A stretch of 5,579 nt of DNA from a virus: the IMG/VR virus record IMGVR_UViG_3300045988_013358, positions 1 through 5,579 of that record. The stretch is one strand, 5' to 3'. The notes under the pieces are model-generated. The model was given only the letters and a program-made list of their open reading frames with translations. It made no database searches and was not told the origin of the DNA. Below are positions 4,286 to 5,579 of the stretch, piece by piece (position 1 is the first letter of the stretch; the number at the start of each line of letters is the position of its first letter). A program made the translations under genes and the position numbers.

Positions 4286-5275
4286 ATGCCATGTACAAAA
4301 CCATTAGTATTTCAGATGGACACGAAAAAACCACAACTGTGGGGAAGTCTGGAGAACCTATCAAAGCAAGGACTGCAAGCGGACATCATGGACGGAATAA
4401 AAAAAGGAAAGTTCGCGTTGTTACCATGCGGTAAGTGCGAGTACTGCCGAAAACAGATGGCTGACCAATGGGCAACCAGAATAGAGCTAGAAGCCAAAGA
4501 GTGGGACGATGTGATTTTTCTGACACTAACTTATGATGATGAGCACATACCTTATGGTGAAATCGTCAAAGGATACCAAAGCATCCAAAGCCAGACGGTA
4601 AGCAAACGAGACGTGCAGCTATTTCTGAAACGGCTACGAAAAGCATACAAAAAACCGATAAAGTATTTCCTAGCAGCTGAATATGGTGACAGAACAAAAA
4701 GACCACACTATCACGCAATAGTGTTCGGACTGAAACCACCAGATGCACAATGGTATAAAAACCAAAAAGGCAACAGCTATTTCAAAAGCGAGTGGCTGCA
4801 AAAAATCTGGGGCAAAGGCATGATAGACTTTTCACCAGCACAGCCAGGCAGCTTTGCATACGTAGCGCAATACGTCAACAAAAAAGCCATAGGCGCAGAG
4901 CAAGCGGCAAAATACTGGATGGAAGGCAGAGAACCTGAATTTAGAATCATGTCGAAAGGTATCGGAGAAAAGTATCTAAACGAACACAAAGATGAAATCT
5001 TAAAAACAGATAACATCATATGCGCAGGAGGACGCGAGAAAAGGCCTCCACGCTATTTTGATAAGATTCTAGATAAGGATACCAACAAAGACACAGAAAG
5101 CTATTTTAGGGCACATTCTGACGAGCTGAGAGAGGTAAGAGCCAGACGCAGACGCAGTGCAGTACAAAGTTTGGTCAATCTCGAACAAAGCACGAGCGTA
5201 GATTATGAAACCTATCTAAACATTCAGAAAGAAAAGGACAAGCTAAAGCAAAAGTGGCGTGAACCGAAAACATGA
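4286..5275 (+). CDS. VP4: Replication initiation protein VP4 (HUH rolling-circle endonuclease, phiX174 protein A family).
   Basis: RCR motif 1 is FLTLTY (4517..4534). Motif 2 is HYH in PHYHAIVFG (4706..4714). Motif 3 is YVAQYVNKK with two catalytic Tyr (4859..4861 and 4871..4873), almost identical to phiX174 A YVAKYVNKK. There is a Cys-rich PCGKCEYCR element. ATG 4286 gives MPCTKPL..., matching the M-x-C-x-x-P N-terminus I recall for gokushovirus Reps. GTG 4271 (ORF track) is an in-frame alternative with better SD spacing. Confidence 0.9.
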   Translation: MPCTKPLVFQMDTKKPQLWGSLENLSKQGLQADIMDGIKKGKFALLPCGKCEYCRKQMADQWATRIELEAKEWDDVIFLTLTYDDEHIPYGEIVKGYQSIQSQTVSKRDVQLFLKRLRKAYKKPIKYFLAAEYGDRTKRPHYHAIVFGLKPPDAQWYKNQKGNSYFKSEWLQKIWGKGMIDFSPAQPGSFAYVAQYVNKKAIGAEQAAKYWMEGREPEFRIMSKGIGEKYLNEHKDEILKTDNIICAGGREKRPPRYFDKILDKDTNKDTESYFRAHSDELREVRARRRRSAVQSLVNLEQSTSVDYETYLNIQKEKDKLKQKWREPKT

Positions 5276-5410
5276 CGCGCACAGCGCTAAAAAGGAAGAT
5301 TTTATTAAGCCGAGTTCCGCCTTAGCTCCACACGGCAGAGCGCTAAAGCGCCTTTCAAAACAAAGGAGCAAGAAAAAGGGTTACAAAATTATTACAAAGT
5401 GCAAAAAACA

Positions 5411-5439
5411 TTAAAAAACATATTGACATCTGATAAAAT
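5411..5439 (+). promoter_or_regulatory. Candidate sigma70/SigA-type promoter with an extended -10, driving the peptidase-to-VP2 operon.
   Basis: TTAAAA (5411..5416, 4/6 match to TTGACA), a 17-nt spacer, then TGaTAAAAT (TG at 5431..5432, -10 TAAAAT at 5434..5439). Phased A-tracts (AAAAAACAT twice, at 5403 and 5413) overlap or precede it. It lies about 30 nt upstream of the first SD of the operon. Confidence 0.45.
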
Positions 5440-5463
5440 TAAATCAGAAAAAGAAAGAGAGGT

Positions 5464-5487
5464 GAACACCATGGAGAACACCATGGA
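5464..5487 (+). repeat. Perfect 12-bp tandem duplication GAACACCATGGA x2.
   Basis: Positions 5464..5475 equal 5476..5487. The duplication creates two in-frame ATGs (5471 and 5483). Confidence 0.9.
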
Positions 5488-5530
5488 CAAACACAATCTG
5501 CAAAAAATTGAAAGAGTACGAAAGGATTGA
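5471..5530 (+). CDS. Possible 19-aa upstream/leader ORF spanning the circular junction (equivalent to 5471..5490 plus 1..40).
   Basis: SD GAGAGGTGA at 5457..5465 and ATG at 5471. Translation: MENTMDKHNLQKIERVRKD. Stop TGA 5528..5530 (38..40 in copy 1) lies 5 nt before the peptidase ATG and overlaps its SD region. It is too short to call coding from sequence alone. Confidence 0.3.
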   Translation: MENTMDKHNLQKIERVRKD

Positions 5531-5535
5531 CAAGG

Positions 5536-5579
5536 ATGATTAAAAGCTATATCATGGACACAGACGCAAACAAAAAAAT
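5536..5579 (+). CDS. Duplicate 5' end of the peptidase gene, truncated by the window edge. This is an artefact of the terminal redundancy, not a second gene.
   Basis: Positions 5536..5579 are identical to 46..89. Confidence 0.85.
   Translation, partial: MIKSYIMDTDANKK

Noticed and set aside
82-4405. Multiple A7 homopolymer runs inside genes (for example 82..88, 1791..1797, 1898..1904, 2002..2008, about 4398..4405), considered as programmed frameshift or transcriptional slippage sites.
   Set aside because: They are consistent with the general A-richness and Lys (AAA) codon usage. No downstream stimulatory structure or meaningful alternative-frame extension is evident.
5272-5325. 17-aa ORF (MTRTALKRKILLSRVPP) overlapping the rep stop via ATGA.
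   Set aside because: It is too short, has no SD beyond possible termination-reinitiation, and has no distinctive features.
5340-5356. GCGC-TAAA-GCGC hairpin followed by CTTTC, considered as a terminator for rep.
   Set aside because: The stem is only 4 bp and the T-run only 3 nt, which is too weak to call. Rep transcription may read through into the downstream operon.
5423-5428. A perfect TTGACA considered as a -35 element.
   Set aside because: No acceptable -10 lies 16-18 nt downstream (that region reads CAGAAA). The TGnTAAAAT extended -10 is only 5 nt away, so TTGACA falls in the spacer of the promoter proposed instead.
1-5579. tRNA, rRNA, integrase/att sites, or transposase.
   Set aside because: No cloverleaf-capable segment or rRNA-like sequence was noticed. 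No recombinase-like ORF is present, and the exact terminal repeat is explained by circular assembly rather than by att sites or IS ends.

Overview
The window is one complete, circularly closed ssDNA phage genome of the family Microviridae, gokushovirus-like. Bases 1..89 are repeated exactly at 5491..5579, so the unit length is 5490 nt and the repeat is an assembly overlap. All convincing genes lie on the + strand, in this order: M15/LAS zinc peptidase (endolysin-like), small basic J/VP8-like DNA-binding protein, a 38-aa ORF, VP5-like protein, VP3 internal scaffold, VP1 major capsid, VP2 pilot protein, a 331-nt non-coding region, then VP4 HUH replication initiator. Two clear rho-independent terminators follow VP1 and VP2. 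The most unusual parts are three. (a) A cell-wall peptidase sits in a microvirus with no visible holin or signal peptide. (b) The VP2-VP4 intergenic region holds nine same-orientation TTCAACA/GTTTTCAACA repeats, a hairpin carrying a consensus DnaA box, a palindrome of two TGACGAA half-sites, an (ACT)6 microsatellite and a perfect 11-bp hairpin over the rep start. (c) The only Shine-Dalgarno (SD) sequence for VP2 is separated from its ATG by the VP1 terminator hairpin. Family assignments come from recognised motifs only; no searches were run.
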